Shown: positions 38,466 to 52,810 of the stretch, piece after piece
Numbering within the stretch: the first letter of the stretch is position 1
Layout of the letters: every line of letters starts with the position of its first letter
DNA from: Octopus vulgaris
Lineage: Eukaryota
Length of the DNA stretch: 64,000 nucleotides
Assembly: GCA_951406725.2 (NCBI GenBank)
Contig: OX597815.1
Location: 24,676,001 to 24,740,000, forward strand
Direction: 5' to 3'
Translations under genes and position numbers: made by a program
Notes under the pieces: model-generated
Databases searched by the model: none
Told to the model about the DNA's origin: nothing
Seen by the model: the letters and a program-made list of their open reading frames with translations, nothing else

Positions 38466-38882
38466 CATTTCTTTACTACCTACAAGGGGCTAAACACAGA
38501 GAGGACAAACAAGAACAGACAAACGGATTAAGTCGATTACATCGACCCCAGTGTGTAACTGGTACTTAATTTATCGACCCCGAAAGGATGAAAGGCAAAG
38601 TTGGCCTCGGTGGAATTTGAACTCAGAACATTAAGGCAGATGAAATACCTATTTCTTTACTACCCACAAGGGGCTAAACAGAGAGGAGACTAACAAGAAC
38701 AGACAGACGGATTAAGTCGACCATATCGACATCAGTGCGTAAATGGTACTTAATTTATCTACCCCGAAAGGATGAAAGGCAAAGTCGACCTCGGCGGAAT
38801 TTGAACTCAGAACGTAACAGCAGACGAAATATGGCTATGCATTTCGCCTGGCGTGCTAACGTTTCTGCCAGCTCACCGCCTT
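38466..38882 (-). mobile_element. SINE family A tandem dimer
   Basis: Same dimer junction (gaaatacctatttc). Flanked by tttttggtgtaaaatacc direct repeats. Confidence 0.88.
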
Positions 38883-39646
38883 TTTGGTGTAAAATACCTC
38901 GCTAAGGCTAATTATAGTGAATCTTGCAGAGCATATATGCTTTATTATAAGTAAATAAAGTAAATATATGCACATACATCTATAAATAGAAGTTACCTTG
39001 AATAAGTTAACTATTTTTGTTTTCACTTTAACAAAATTTATAAATCTTCCAAGCTTCTTTCTTCTTTATGCATCATTTAAACAGATAACAGCAATAACAG
39101 ATCTCCATGCTAGAATCTGATAATTCATTATTTTTCTTGCAAAAGATACAACAGTGGTTCCCATTGTCTTCTGTTGGTTTATTTACAGCTTACTTTGCTA
39201 GTCTCCTGCTTTTCCAACTTTACCTTTGAAATACAGGGCTTATTTAATCCTTAGTCAAGGGGAATAATTCATAAGCCATCAGGGCATGTTCCATGCCAGT
39301 ACACTTATTTGACATGTCTAGAGACTAACCCGTATCTGACTCCAGTATGCTTTAGTGATACAGGTATCTTCTGCAACCTGACCCATAAATAAGGCTCTTG
39401 ATAGGCACTACCACCCTGGGCCAGAGCAGATTTGTGAGTAGTGGTGGCTCAGGGGTAAATGTATACTCTTCCAAAACCTTGCACTTCTAACATGGAACCT
39501 CATCCTCAGATGTAGTTTCAGGTTTTGCCTGGGATGAAATCATCCTAATGTAACAGAAGCATTATATATTTTGAAATCTTTTGTATATCTGAATTGGGGA
39601 AAAACATCCTCTAGAAAGGAAATTTTAAAATTATATTCAGTTATCT

Positions 39647-39962
39647 GTGGAGGCACAATGGCCCAGTGGTTAGGGCAGCAGACTCGCGGTCGGAGGATCA
39701 CGGTTTCGATTCCCAGACTGGGCGTTGTGTGTTTATTGAGCGAAAACACCTAAAGCTCCATGAGGCTCCGGCAGGGAGTGGTGGCGACCCCTGTTGTACT
39801 ATTTCGCCCCAACTTTCTCTCACTCTTTCTTCCTGTTTCTTGAGTAACGCTGCGATGGACTGGTGTCCCGTCCATCGGGGGGGGGGGGGCACACATACAC
39901 CACAGAAACCGGGAAATCAGGCCCATGAACCTGGCTAGGCTTGAAAAGGGTGCATAAATAAA
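39647..39962 (+). mobile_element. SINE family D
   Basis: Similar to 27999-28306; flanked by attcagttatct direct repeats. Confidence 0.82.
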
Positions 39963-41887
39963 TACAATAATTCAGTTATCTATCATTTTACCATGTTGAT
40001 TAGTTTGATGACAGTAACACAGTTTTGTACTTTCCATTCAGACATAATTTACGTAACACTTAAAAATAAACCAAGGAAAGAACAATTTTAAAAAAAAATT
40101 TCAGTTATGACTCTATTAACTTTTAATCACAGCTTACATTTTATTAAAATACAAAATGGAATAAACATGCAAAATAATTAATGAATAATTAACAGAAGCA
40201 AATTTATAGTCTATTCATTTTGAATGTTGTCATAAAGTGTTGAATAAATGTGTACATGTTGGCTCACATAGCACATGCCACACATGCCATAATTTTCATC
40301 ATGTATTCCATCATAAACTTTCAGATTATTCATCACTATTCAATCATAAGAACTCATGAATATGAAATGCTAAAAGAAACATTTCAATGGCTCTATTTTG
40401 CTTTTGTAGTCTGTTTCACGCACGCATGCACACACACACACACACACACGTGTACATTCTAACAACTGTATGTATTGTCGCATTATTGTCATATAAACCA
40501 AAATCAATATCACCTATTACATTATAGACTTTCCAAGTATTTGGCTGCCAAGGAGAAAGCAACAGTGAATGAAGGGTTCCAGTGTCCCTAATACTACCAC
40601 TAGACTGCATTTCCACACCATCAGTTCTTCTCTACCGAATAGCCAATAGTCAGGATACCTTAATGTTCTCTACCATACTTACTTCAGTAGAAATTGCATT
40701 TGTTCACTAAAAATTACAAGTCCATCAGAGATCTCTTCTGTGTTCCAGTTTGCAGCTTCCTGAAGGGAATTGTAGACCAGAATGTAAATGATCCATCTTT
40801 TCCAAAAGAAAGCCTCAGTCCACATTGACTTTATTATGATATCATTAAATAGCAGTAGCTTCCCCAGACTTCCTATGCAGACTGGAAGATCCTGTGGTTG
40901 CTACATTACCACACTGTTTTGATAAATTAATCAAGGGAGAAAAATTTGGACTGAAAAGAAATGCTTGCAACAGAGTGAACTTTGCTTGAAGCACTAAAGG
41001 ACTTAATAAATTACATGAACAGAAACTGATACAACTGGCAAACATACTATAGATTTTCAATAGCTTTCACTTGGCTAACTATGAGATGATATCTCAGCTT
41101 TCCAAAATATCTTCTACAACCAAATATTTTATCTCTTCTTCTTCCAGAAATTTCAATCTACAGCTATTGTTCCTTCTGCCTTCCAGCAATATCCACTAGA
41201 CATCAACAAAGGAAAGCAACAAGTGTGGATCTGTTATATGTGGTTCTGAAGAATTATGCTTTGATATAGATACAATTACTAATTCTAGCCTCGTCTGGCA
41301 CCTGTGTCGGTGGCACATAAAAAGCACCCACTACACTCACGGAGTGGTTGGCGTTAGGAAGGGCATCCAGCTGTAAAAACACTGCCAGATGATGATGATG
41401 ATGATGATGATGAACGCATCATGTAAACTACAACCATATTGTGACTGTTATGTAGAAATCCCCATCACTCGACTACAATAACAAATTCAATAATCTTCTG
41501 CCACTCATTTCAGCTTTTATAATTAAACATGGTTCCCAAGATTAGGTGGCTTGAATCCTTAGGCAGAATTTGAACTCAGAACACAAAGAAATAAACACCA
41601 CAAGGCATCTTGTCCAACACTAAAAATTCTATCATCTACTTGCCCTGATCTGGTATTTTATTTATCGACTCTGGAAAAAATGAAAAAGTTGACTATAACA
41701 GAATTTGAACTCAAAATACAGGGTGCATTTACTGCATGGTGTTTTATTTGACACTTTAATAATTTTCAGTCCAGTATGAGTAACTGACAAAAGATTGTAT
41801 ACACTGGAAACAGTCACTGGTAGGCATGTTCCTCTGGGCAGCCAAAGGTATAGAAAATCTACAGTATAATAAACAAAATGAATTTTT

Positions 41888-42210
41888 TATTGTCTGGGGA
41901 GAGTCATTCTCTTTTAGTGCCTTATTATTTAACACACTCACCAGAGGCTTGTGAAGGCAAGAACATGATATACATAGGTGAGACATCTAGAATCATTGTG
42001 GAGAGACTAAACAAACATATGAGACAATATGATGACAAAAAACAGTCCTCTATACTCTATCAACATGCCAACGACCAACATGGAGGCACACAGGGTCAAC
42101 TTGACATCTGCATTTTATTCAAGCACCCGAAGGACCCAGCATTCAGACAAATACAGGAGTATGTCCTCATAAATGAAACATCCCCAGTACTATATAGGAA
42201 ATATACGTAG
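41888..42210 (+). mobile_element. Penelope-like element remnant: inverted repeat fragment followed by a GIY-YIG endonuclease C-terminal segment
   Basis: ORF 41878..42210 contains C...YIGETSR...ERLNKH...SILYQH...RQIQE...I...P.L, the PLE GIY-YIG pattern. 41890-41942 matches the arm at 6430-6484. Confidence 0.8.
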
Positions 42211-42887
42211 AAGGTAGTCATACCCCAATGCCCACAGTTTATATATACACAGGGAAATTTGTTAGTAGGCTGCTATGTAGACATATATATGTGTATATAT
42301 ATATATGCGTGTGTGAGAATGTGTGTAAGTAAATGGATATGCAAGTAAACATAGATAAATAGATAGATAGTTACATAAGTAATAAACACACACACACAAA
42401 TGAAGACTGAAACACATGACCATATACGCACACACACTTCACACACACAAGGACACATATGGAGACATACATCCATATATAACAAACACACGTACATAGT
42501 CACACAAACTTATACAGAGACACACTAAAACAGAGGTGCACACACAAATACACACACACACACACATACAAACACACACACACACACACAGAAACACACA
42601 AACATTGGTATGCAGAATACATGCATACATACAAACATACACACACACAAACATATATAAATAAAATATAAATATTTCATTTTACATTTGCTCTTTTCAT
42701 ATATCCATTTTTTCCTCTGCTTGCACGAGTAAGGCTGCTATAAATTAAACTAGATGCTGGCAAAGCTGTATGGTTAAGAAGGTTGCTTCCCAACCATGTA
42801 GTCTCAGGTTCAGTCCCACTATACAGCACCTTGGGTAAATAACTTCTACTACAGGACTGGCCCAACCAAAGCATATGAGTGGATTTG

Positions 42888-42920
<33 letters not shown>

Positions 42921-43729
42921 CACCCATGTCTCAATATCACATGGTGGATGTAAATCATTTTTCTGTGAAATACATGTCTGGCCATATGAAAATATTATTT
43001 TGCTTGGAAACAAGTGAAGGTTGGCAACAGGAAGAGGATCCGACTGTGGAAAATCTACCCCAAGTTGCATCTGACCCATGCAAACATAGAAAGTGGACAC
43101 TAAGATGATGATGATGACAGCATCAATTAAATTTGTTTCCATTTCTTCATTGATAGTTTTATTTTGAAAATAACTCAACTGTTACTTACAGTCAAGTATG
43201 ACTTAGTAGCAGTATGCACTATGCTTTCACCCCTGTTTTAGATGACTGTGTAGTGTCAAGCAAACATCCTCTTGACCCAACTAAACCATGAAGATATGAA
43301 AGTTGGAAGGAGAGAGGGCTATACCTTGATACTTTTATTCATACTTTATTTTACTGACTCCAGAAGACTGAGAGGCAAAACTGACCTCAGCAGGACTCAA
43401 ACTCAGAACATAGCTGAGTCAGAACACTGAAAGACATTGTGTTTAATGCTCAAATAGTTCTGCTTTCTTCTAACAATCCACAGTTCCGTCTAGGAAATGG
43501 TGCAGATTAGGAAGTAGCACATCAAAAGACTGAATACCTGACCAAGCATTTACAACCAAATGATCTTCACTAAAGACAACAGAAGGTAAAGGAGAGACAC
43601 CTTAGGCTTGAGACAATTGTAAAGCATCTTGAATCTATGATGCAATTAGTCATATCAAGTTGTCATGACATTTATATTGTTTAATTTTCAAAGGAGGATG
43701 AAAAAGGAAAAACTGAATGAAAATCCTAC

Positions 43730-43816
43730 CTGAATCACATTACCATACTGTATCACTTCACCCCATAATTTTTTGTTTTCTGCTTCATTCTGTTTCTTCT
43801 CAAACTCAGCAGCATG
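43730..43816 (-). CDS. ITPR: IP3 receptor exon (suppressor domain): [29 protein letters not shown]
   Basis: 87 nt, phase 0/0, ttacag acceptor and gtagg donor. Matches vertebrate ITPR1 [29 protein letters not shown] (recalled sequence). Confidence 0.95.
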
Positions 43817-43959
43817 CTGTAATAAATGAAAACAGAGTTATTAGGAAATATATACAACTTAGTAAATAAGCACACAAATATATCAATTAATCTCCAATAA
43901 TTTAAGCTGATCATTTTGTTGATTGAAGCATAGCAAAATTCTTCATATTGTTAGCAACA

Positions 43960-44315
43960 CCAACATCAAAATGAAAATCAAATGGAAATTGTAGTTAAGA
44001 TACTCGTGCCGGTGACACGTAAAGAGCACCATCCAAAGGTGGCAGATGCCAGCGCCGCCTGACTGGCGTCTGTGTTGGTGACACGTAAAAGCACCAACCG
44101 ATCGTGGCCGTTTGCCAGCCTCCTCTGGCCCGTGCCGGTGGCATGTAAAAAACACCCACTACACTCACAGAGTGGTTGGCGTTAGGAAGGGCATCCAGCT
44201 GTAGAAACACTGCCAGATCAGACTGGAGCCTGGTGCAGCCTCTTGGCTTCCCAGACCCCGGTCAAACTGTTCAACCCACGCTAGCATGGAAAACGGACAT
44301 TAAACGATGGTGATG
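43960..44315 (+). mobile_element. RTE-LINE 3' tail fragment
   Basis: Collinear with 60760-61113. Confidence 0.82.
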
Positions 44316-44355
44316 TTTCTGTTGCTGCTACTAGACTTGTGTCCTTTGTCTACAG

Positions 44356-44556
44356 CAGTGGTTTTCAACCAGGGTTCCGCCAGTACAGTCCAGGGGTTCC
44401 GCAAGAAGTTACAAAACTGCTAAAATCGGCAGTAATTTTTAATTCTCCTGTGCAGATATGTGTGCATAAGACTATTAAATTATTGCACAGGGGTTCCTCG
44501 AGCCAGTGGAATGTTTCCTTGGGGTTCTGCTTCAGCAAAAAGTTTGAAAAGCACTG
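44356..44556. mobile_element. hAT (Charlie-type) MITE
   Basis: TIRs cagtggttttcaacc ... gtttgaaaagcactg; 8-bp TSD gtctacag/gtgtacag (1 mismatch). Confidence 0.8.
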
Positions 44557-45403
44557 GTGTACAGAGTTTAATTATTTCCACAATCAAATAATCTACTGAT
44601 GCTGCTGATACTAAGTGATATGACTCGATAGAAATTATATTGGATCCTTGGTTGTAGGAAGAATATCCCTGTTAATTATTCTTTTGAGAATTACCAGGTT
44701 ATCTGTCAGCCAATCAAAAAGTAAATAGTTCATATTTCATCAATTGTAATGCATTGTACGACCAGTGAAAAATTGTCTTCTCTTGTTCAATCCACCTGGT
44801 GACATGTAAGTACCACTAGTGCCATAGGGCATCTCATATAACCCATACTGGCAATATGAGCATTGCATAGCAGATCATTGTTGTACTAGCTTGCAACATA
44901 CTAGCTACTATACAGAACAGGAGATGTCTTCACAATTTAATGCCATGAAACCTGAAATAGGCTCTCCTACACCACGCCTTTTCATTGAAGAATTCTTGGA
45001 GACTGGTGATGCACACTAAATCTATGATAAAACTCCAGCCTGCCATATCTACACCTCCAGATACAATGTGTGTCCAGCTATTAAGAATAAAGTATTCAAA
45101 GGTAAGTGTGAGAGTGAATAAAAATATTTAAACCATAATCATCAGGCCAACGAATATGATCTGTTTCACTTTATCTTCTGTCAGTCTGTACCCACCCACC
45201 CACCAGTTTTGTTTCATTCAAAGTACAACAATAAGGATTTCTAGTACATCTTGCAACACCAGTAACACAAATTGTAAAAAGAAAAAATTCTATTATAAAA
45301 AATCATCAAACAAGAGCTACAAACTCTGGTTTAATGTTTCTGAAACTATTTCTGTGAAATAGCTAATAGAGCAAAAAAAAAAAAAATAATAATGATGATA
45401 ATG

Positions 45404-45453
<50 letters not shown>

Positions 45454-46398
45454 AAAGTTAAAAATAAATATACAAAATTGAAGAAGAAAAGAAGGAAGAA
45501 ATACAAAAATGTAATTTAATATTATTTTCAATTGATAAGAAAAAAATATTGGTATTTTGTTCCTTGTCAGACTTAACATATGGTATTAATAATAAACACA
45601 CCAACAACATCAGTAGCAGCAGTAAGGATAAATTGTATAACAGCAACAAGTTCTGTTGATAAAAGCTTGTAACACAGATATCTCTATTCTCCTACAACTA
45701 CTCCTCTTTCTACTACTGAGAGTAAAAAGAGAAAGGGAAAACTCTATATGGTCACTCAATCTGCTATATGTTGCATCCAAATCTCCATCAAATTACACCG
45801 TTCTGTCTTAAAAAAAAAAGGCCACATTCAATAATGTAGTTCTAGATATACAAAAAAAGGTGGGATGGTCAAGGCTGGAATGTTTTTTATCATTGGTCTG
45901 CTCAATCAGCGCTGACCTGGAACAAAACAACATCAATAACAAAATACTATTGTTTAAAGCTGTGTGTAAAGAATAAATTTCACATAGTGTTTGAAAACTG
46001 ACTTCTAATTTTATTGGTTCTTGCTTTAGGTGAACCCTTTCCAAAAGAAGGGAAATTATTAGTTCCTTTTTATTGGAAATTTAGCCAATTTCACTTCTAT
46101 CTTATTTTTATTTATTTTGCCTTTATCTTTTGTAGTGAAAAGTATCTAGTGAACTGAATTAGCATTGATAGTAGAGCCAGGATGCTATTTGTACATCTGT
46201 TGAGGTAAAAATAAGCACTGGTATCTTATCAGATTTGATCTAGTTCCAGTGGGATTAAGGTAAAAGTAAAACCCAACAGAATTGCTCTTCGAGCACTAAA
46301 TACTTAACGTAGATGCAATTATAAAAAATAGAACAAAAAGAAACATATATGGAATACTACTATGCAAAAAATATCTTCCATGTTAACAAACAATGAAA

Positions 46399-46624
46399 TA
46401 TGAGGGGGCTCTGAAAAGTTCCTGGCTTGAGTAAAAGAAAATACAGGAGGCTCAGTTAATTACGATTTTATTCAACATATACCCCTCTCAGATTCACAAA
46501 CTTATTGAAGTGGTCCTTCAGTTTTTTCTAAGCCCTGTAAAAGAAGTTGGAAGGTTGGGCCTCTAACCAAACCAGGCCTTTCACAATACTCTTAAAGCCA
46601 GGAACTTCTCAGCAACCCCTAATA
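46399..46624. mobile_element. Mariner-type MITE
   Basis: TIRs tatgagggggctctgaaaagttcctggctt ... aagccaggaacttctcagcaacccctaata with TA ends. Confidence 0.75.
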
Positions 46625-46929
46625 CATATTATTTCATATCGAGTTCTTTGTATCAGTATAAATGGGTTGATATTTTATAAAGCGAGATATTTGCATATTG
46701 AATGAATCACAATTTTCATAGTTGAAAGCCATTTCATTTAATTTAGTCATGAGGTGTAACCATTCAATCATGAGGCATAACTCGTCAGGCATGCTGGGCC
46801 AAGAAAAATAAACTTTCTTCTGAGGTCAATTAAGCTTTCTAAAAAGAACTAAAAAACAAAGTGAGTTTGTCATGCAGAGAAAATAATCCAGATATTTCAG
46901 AGAGGACCCTTTGTTGGAAACCAACATAA

Positions 46930-47927
46930 TACAAGGATCAGCTGAAAAGGTTGCGGGGTCAGCTGAAAAGATCACAGGCTGACTAAGATACTCCACTGCA
47001 TGGATTGTCTCTATGTCTCTTACTCAAAGTGATCAACCTGAAACTCAGCTTAAGTTAGGAAACATTCAAAGAAACCAGTTGAATCTACTTCAAATAATGT
47101 CAGATGTTTTTTATGATGTGATCAGTCTGGTGTGCATTTTTGATCAGGTGTCAGAAGATGTGAGCTGGCAGAATCGTTAGCATGCCAGGCGAAATGCTTT
47201 GCAGTATTTCGTCTGCAGCTACGTTCTGAGTTCAAATTCCATCGAGGTCGTCTTTGCCTTTCATCCATCCAAGGTTGATTAGATAAGTACCAGTTACGCA
47301 CTGGGGTCGATGTAATCGACTTAATCCGTTTGTCTGTCCTTGCTTGTCCTCTCTGTGTTTAGCCCCTTGTGGGTAGTAAAGAAATAGGTGTCAGAAGATG
47401 TGGTATCCACTGAGCAAAAACCTTCATTATGCCAAGTTCATTGAGCAGATTATTCTCAACTCTCTCATGGGATATGCTGGGATAGCATTGGTTATTTGAT
47501 TTATAATCAATTATTTGCCATCCATCCAATGTGATGAACATGATCCATGTTTTCCTCGGTGGTGGCAGTCGCAGGGCATCCATACTTTGGGTCATCTTCA
47601 AGACTTTCCCTTCAGCTGCTCACTTTTGTACTGTTGATAAAGCTGGAGCATCATCCCCTAATGTAGCAACCATGTCAGCATGAATGTCCTTGGGGGCTAA
47701 AGCCTTTTTCTGTAGGTACTTAATAAAACCATGATGTGACATTTTGTCTATTTTCAAGAGAAATTGCTACTAGTTTCTTTTGAAAACTTCTTTGAACATG
47801 AGATATCTGTTTACCTGAAAAGAAACAATGCAGTTGGTAATAAAAACAGTTGAAATAATGCGAGATGTCACAGCTCTAACATCATTTCTTCATAGTAAGC
47901 CAATAAACTTTTCAGTCCACCCTCTCG
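46930..47927 (-). mobile_element. Degraded mariner transposon with SINE A (+, about 47160-47388) inserted
   Basis: ORF 47359..47601 ends ELGIMKVFAQWIPHLLTP (mariner WVPHxLT motif). The SINE is flanked by aggtgtcagaagatgtg direct repeats, and the ends resemble the 46399 MITE TIR. Confidence 0.75.
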
Positions 47928-50900
47928 CATAATTTATGGCTTTATGTCTATATTAGGAATCACTTTCATTTTAATTAATTGTAAGGACACCATATATCAT
48001 TATTCAACTATAATATGCCATAAAGTATATCAAATGCTTTGTAAGTCAATAATGTGACTTACTGTGATAGCAGTGCTATTAAATCACTTTTTAAATGTTA
48101 TCTCTACAGATTTTCTATAGAAGTTACAGCCAGCATTGATTTACATTTCATATCCAAAAGCATCTAATGTAAACAATATGACTGACAATGGGTGTATATG
48201 CATATTTTAGGAGTTCTTGTTCTTTCTTCAGTATCACATCCAACTCATTAACCATCCATGAACTCTATCACTTTTTAATTACACAGGTGAATAGCTTGGC
48301 TTTTTCTAATAGGTATAGTTTCAGAAAAGCAGACTTGCATGTAATCCTCAACTGACAGCCTTGCATGAAACTGGATTTTGATTATAAACATAATTAGCAT
48401 CATCGTCATTTAGCATCCATTGATGAAAAGCCTTGCTCACACAATAAGTGGATGGTAACAGTAAAAGACCTAGATATTTCTAGTCATGCAAATTGTAATT
48501 ACTTCAAAAGTCTACCTCTTGTGTAACCCCCTAAAGTAGTCCCTCCCCAGTTTGTGAAATTCTGATTTAAAACAACCAATATTTTTTCCGTGGGGAAGAA
48601 AGGGAATTATCAATGGAAGAAGAGTAATCAGCCACTGAACACTTTTATCTTCCTACTACAGCTACTACATGAAGAACATGGAACTGCATTTAGGTCCTTA
48701 AGCAGAGTTAGTTTTCACCTGTCACCCGATGTATATGTGCTATGCTTGTATTTACAGCACAACAGCTAATCTCTTGTTGCACCACTGTGCTGTGTGGAAA
48801 GACAGTTTAGCAATGTCCACCGGATTATGTTGTCAATTGACTGAGTTTATATTTTACTCCTTGATGTTGCTTACTTTGAGCTATGCTTATTTAAAATTTT
48901 CTAATAATTGTTCATCAGTACTGTGCAAGGTTCAACAGCAGGTTATTTTCTGCTCATGATATGATTCCTAAGATGACATTTGGGTCCTGATTCTTTCAGT
49001 ATGCTGACATTTGTAGATATTTTCTCCTGAGTGAATTTAGCAAAGTAGATTTGGGGCTTGACTCACATAAGCAAGCACTCAGTGTCAAATGAAAATGTTT
49101 ATATTTGTAGTAGTTATTTAGCCCCTAACTGAGAATATCTATAACCAAAGACATTCCAGCCATGACCATCCCATTCTTCTCTTCAGCATTGCATACCAAG
49201 GAGTACATCATGGTATGTTTTCCACTTTTTTAAAGACTGTAAGATGTAACATGACAATAGGATAAGCAACCTCATTGGATACAGTTACTCATATTCATAA
49301 AAGTGATAATAGTGAAGCTATCTTAAAAGGTCAAGTATTATATATACAAGATAATCAACCTTATCTCCATATGGAAACTAGCTGTACCATGCATCCTGGG
49401 CAAGGATCAACCCAACATATGCAACATAAAAATCACAACAATGAACCTTTATCTTGGCTTACAGAAAGCTGTTTAGCTCATGAAGGTTGTTGTTGCATAT
49501 ACAATTTCTATCAACTTCATGTGCTGATCTATATGAAAATATAGAAAATATTTCATACTAACTGCAAGACATGCAAATATTTAGGCCCAGTTTACACAAG
49601 TATCTTTTTGCATGCACATGTGCATACCAACACATATATATATACAAACATAGATAAAGAGAGTGTTACTGCACATATATATTGCTGTAGAGGAAAGTAG
49701 CCTCCTCAACCCACATACACAAAGATAAGGATATTACATGCTCATATGTGATTTTGCACATACATATAACTACAGATGAAAATTCCCTCACGCAAACACA
49801 CACGTGTTTGCAGGCTTACAACCATGCTATTCACCAATAGATTTTAATGACTGTACAACACTGTCTATGATCTATTTTATTTATCAAATACTATTTTTAT
49901 CTTGCCTTTAATTATAGACAGATATTTTAAGCTCAACTAATTTTCCTAGCTGTTATTCTAAGAATTATAATTCTGAGAGTTTTTGTACAGATCACACAAT
50001 AAGTAAAAACATAAAAGTCGTACTTTCATTTCCCTAAAACAGATCCCTATACAATTATTTGAAAATATATACAATTAATTCTGTACGGCATGATATGATA
50101 AATGATGTCACAGATTGAACATTAAAATGTTACATGATATCTATGCCTAAATAAATATTTTGCATTATTTATTGTGATTTATTTATTTGTTTCTTTAAAA
50201 TTGATTTTTATTTGAGTGGATTGTCTGAAAGAGCATCAGAAGTACATAGTTAGCAATATTCTTGTAGATTTTCCTTCAACAAGGAGACACTTGTATTGGC
50301 CATACAAACTTGGTGAATGGATTTTAATCAGAACTATACGTGATAAAGATAGAGAGAATGATACAGAATGACAAGTGCATCAGTCTCAGAGTGTATTACT
50401 GCAATAGAGCAACAGTTGACTAAGAATCAATACAGTAAGATACACAGAGCTAATGCAATGTATGAAGACAGTTTAATGCTCAATGTCTCATACAATAAAC
50501 TCTGTCCATTTCTTCACTGCTGACAAAACATGACATCTGTCATCTTGCTATGCAACCAAAACTGGAAACATTTGCACAATTCTTAAACCAAAAATGTACA
50601 AAACCAGTAGGAGCCTGTTCAAAATGAGATCAAATGAAACAAGAAGTATTTATATGGAGACAAATATCAACTTGATTGATTTCTTTTTAATTCATAAAGA
50701 TGAAATATCTCTGACTACTTTTCTTAGGTATATCTTCCATGAAAGCCTGCTGCCTTTTTGGTTTGTTTTCTAGACTAGCAAAACATATTACTTCATGTCA
50801 TAAGAAGTAACTAAAAAGGTTGGCACCAGAAAGGGCACCTGGTAGGAACATGCTGCCTCAAATCCACACCAGCATAGAAAAGCAGATATAAAAACAAGTG

Positions 50901-51460
50901 TGGCAATGAGGTTGGTTCGTTTATTGGTACAATTGTTTCTATTTCTTATTTCATCACAATCTTTATTCATACAATGATATGCAGACGACATCATTTAAGT
51001 TTGAAGCTGAGTAACTATCAGCATTTGAAACATACAAATAATTTATGGAAAAACTATCATTTATTCAGCAAGATTAATTCAGCAGCAAGTCTAGAATTAT
51101 AATTCCTGTGGTCCTACGTTTGGTTCCACTGAATGGCATCATGGACAAATATCTTCTAATAAAGCTTCAGTTTGGCCAATATATTGCAAATGAAATTTGG
51201 TAGACAGAAACTGTACAGATGCTTGTTGTGTATAAATATTTATTATCAGGCAGATCAGCAGTTCATGTGTTGTGGAATGTGGAAAGGAAACAAGAAAAGG
51301 TTGGCAACAGGAAGACCAACCATCCAAAAAAGTCCCTTCCAACCCATGATAGCATGGAAGAAGTTGACATAAAAAATGGGTGATGATTCTTTATCTTTAA
51401 AAAAAAAAATTGCTGAAGATAAATATTTTTCATTAATGGTAAGAAATATTTTAAAAAGAA

Positions 51461-51818
51461 CTAGCACTATGACCAGGCAACGCCGGGTCATAGTGCTAGT
51501 GCATGCATATACAGCTGCGTGCGTGTACATGCGAGTACTGTCCAAATCTCCGACCAATCACATACAGCTAGCTGGCATTCAATTGGTGTAACAAGTTTCG
51601 GGCATTTTGATTGGGTTTTGGATAGAAAATTCACAAAAAAGTCACTTCTATTGATTTTTTAATGGCTTTGTAGGGTGACTGGAGAAATGTAAAGATGTGC
51701 ACAACCACCCTTGGATGGTTTTGAATGACCATAGAAAGTGTGAGCCCTCTAACTGAAAAATTGTGGATTTGTATAAAGGACATGCACGCAGACATTTTGA
51801 CGTTTATATATAGAGAGA
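51461..51818 (-). mobile_element. Non-autonomous Helitron
   Basis: Minus strand starts A|TCTCTCTATATATAAA and ends CTAG|T, with a terminal hairpin ACTAGCACTATGACC...GGTCATAGTGCTAGT; no TSD. Confidence 0.75.
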
Positions 51819-52276
51819 TAACTGAATATTTCTAAAGTATCACTCTCGTTTTCTATGTTTTGTATTTTATTTGTATTTTCCTTGTAACCACTGAGCTATA
51901 AAGAGAAGAATGTTATCACTCTGCATTAGAAATGAATATTTTAAGTCTGAACCCAGCCTAGGAGCATTTACAGGAATAAAGTGATTGAGGATGATCGAGG
52001 GAAAAGATTTGCTGAAATGTTATATAGAATAGAGGGTAGGAAAGATGAAATTAATAATATGATACTTGAAAATATTTTAGCAAAATTTGTTTCAGAAATT
52101 GAGATATCCAATGACTTATTGTAATGATTAAACTTTTTCTCTTCTTTCTTTCAGAAGCAGACATCTTATGCACATTCCAGCATCACTTCAAAACCACAAT
52201 CTAAGTACTGCATTTCTGTCCTGAAGTCATTTTACAATACCCAATGTTTGCAGATTTGGTAATTATAATTCTAGAC

Positions 52277-52810
52277 CAGGGGTCACCAAACTTTTTTAAG
52301 GTAGGCCAGATAACTGAAAGACTGATGAGCAAAGGCCACATAACCATTTTGTTCAATACAATACAGTGAATACACAAAAAATAAAGACAACTAACATATT
52401 TATTTACCAAAAAGTTATCAAAGAAGGCAACATTAGCAATAAGATAGTTATACCACACCCAGTGTGTGCATATTCAAATCTCTCAAACTAAGCATCAAAA
52501 AAGATTAATGAGATTTGTGAAATTGGTGTTTAGCTTTTAAGATATCATCAATATTTGCTTTGGAATTGCTGCATCCAACTGAGAGAATTGCTTTCAAATG
52601 TTCATCAGTCAACACTGTTCAATTTCCCATACTTCATTATTGAAAATGCTTACTCACAGACATAAGTTGTTCCAAACACTGATGCCATACCAGAGGCAAA
52701 TAAACTCTCATTGCAGGTACTTACACAAAAGACACAGCGCGGCAGCAGGTCAGATGAACTGACCTTGCGAGCCAGATCCAGCCTGTGGGCCATAGTTTGA
52801 TGACCCCTTT
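52277..52810 (-). mobile_element. Internally deleted hAT (SPIN/Buster-like) element
   Basis: TIRs caggggtcaccaaact ... agtttgatgacccct; tctaga on both sides. The minus strand encodes ASVFGTTYVCE*AFS, the hAT dimerisation motif. Confidence 0.78.

Noticed and set aside
40480-41250. Old LINE coding remnant on the minus strand
   Set aside because: The composition is suggestive, but I could not read unambiguous RT motifs, so I did not call it.
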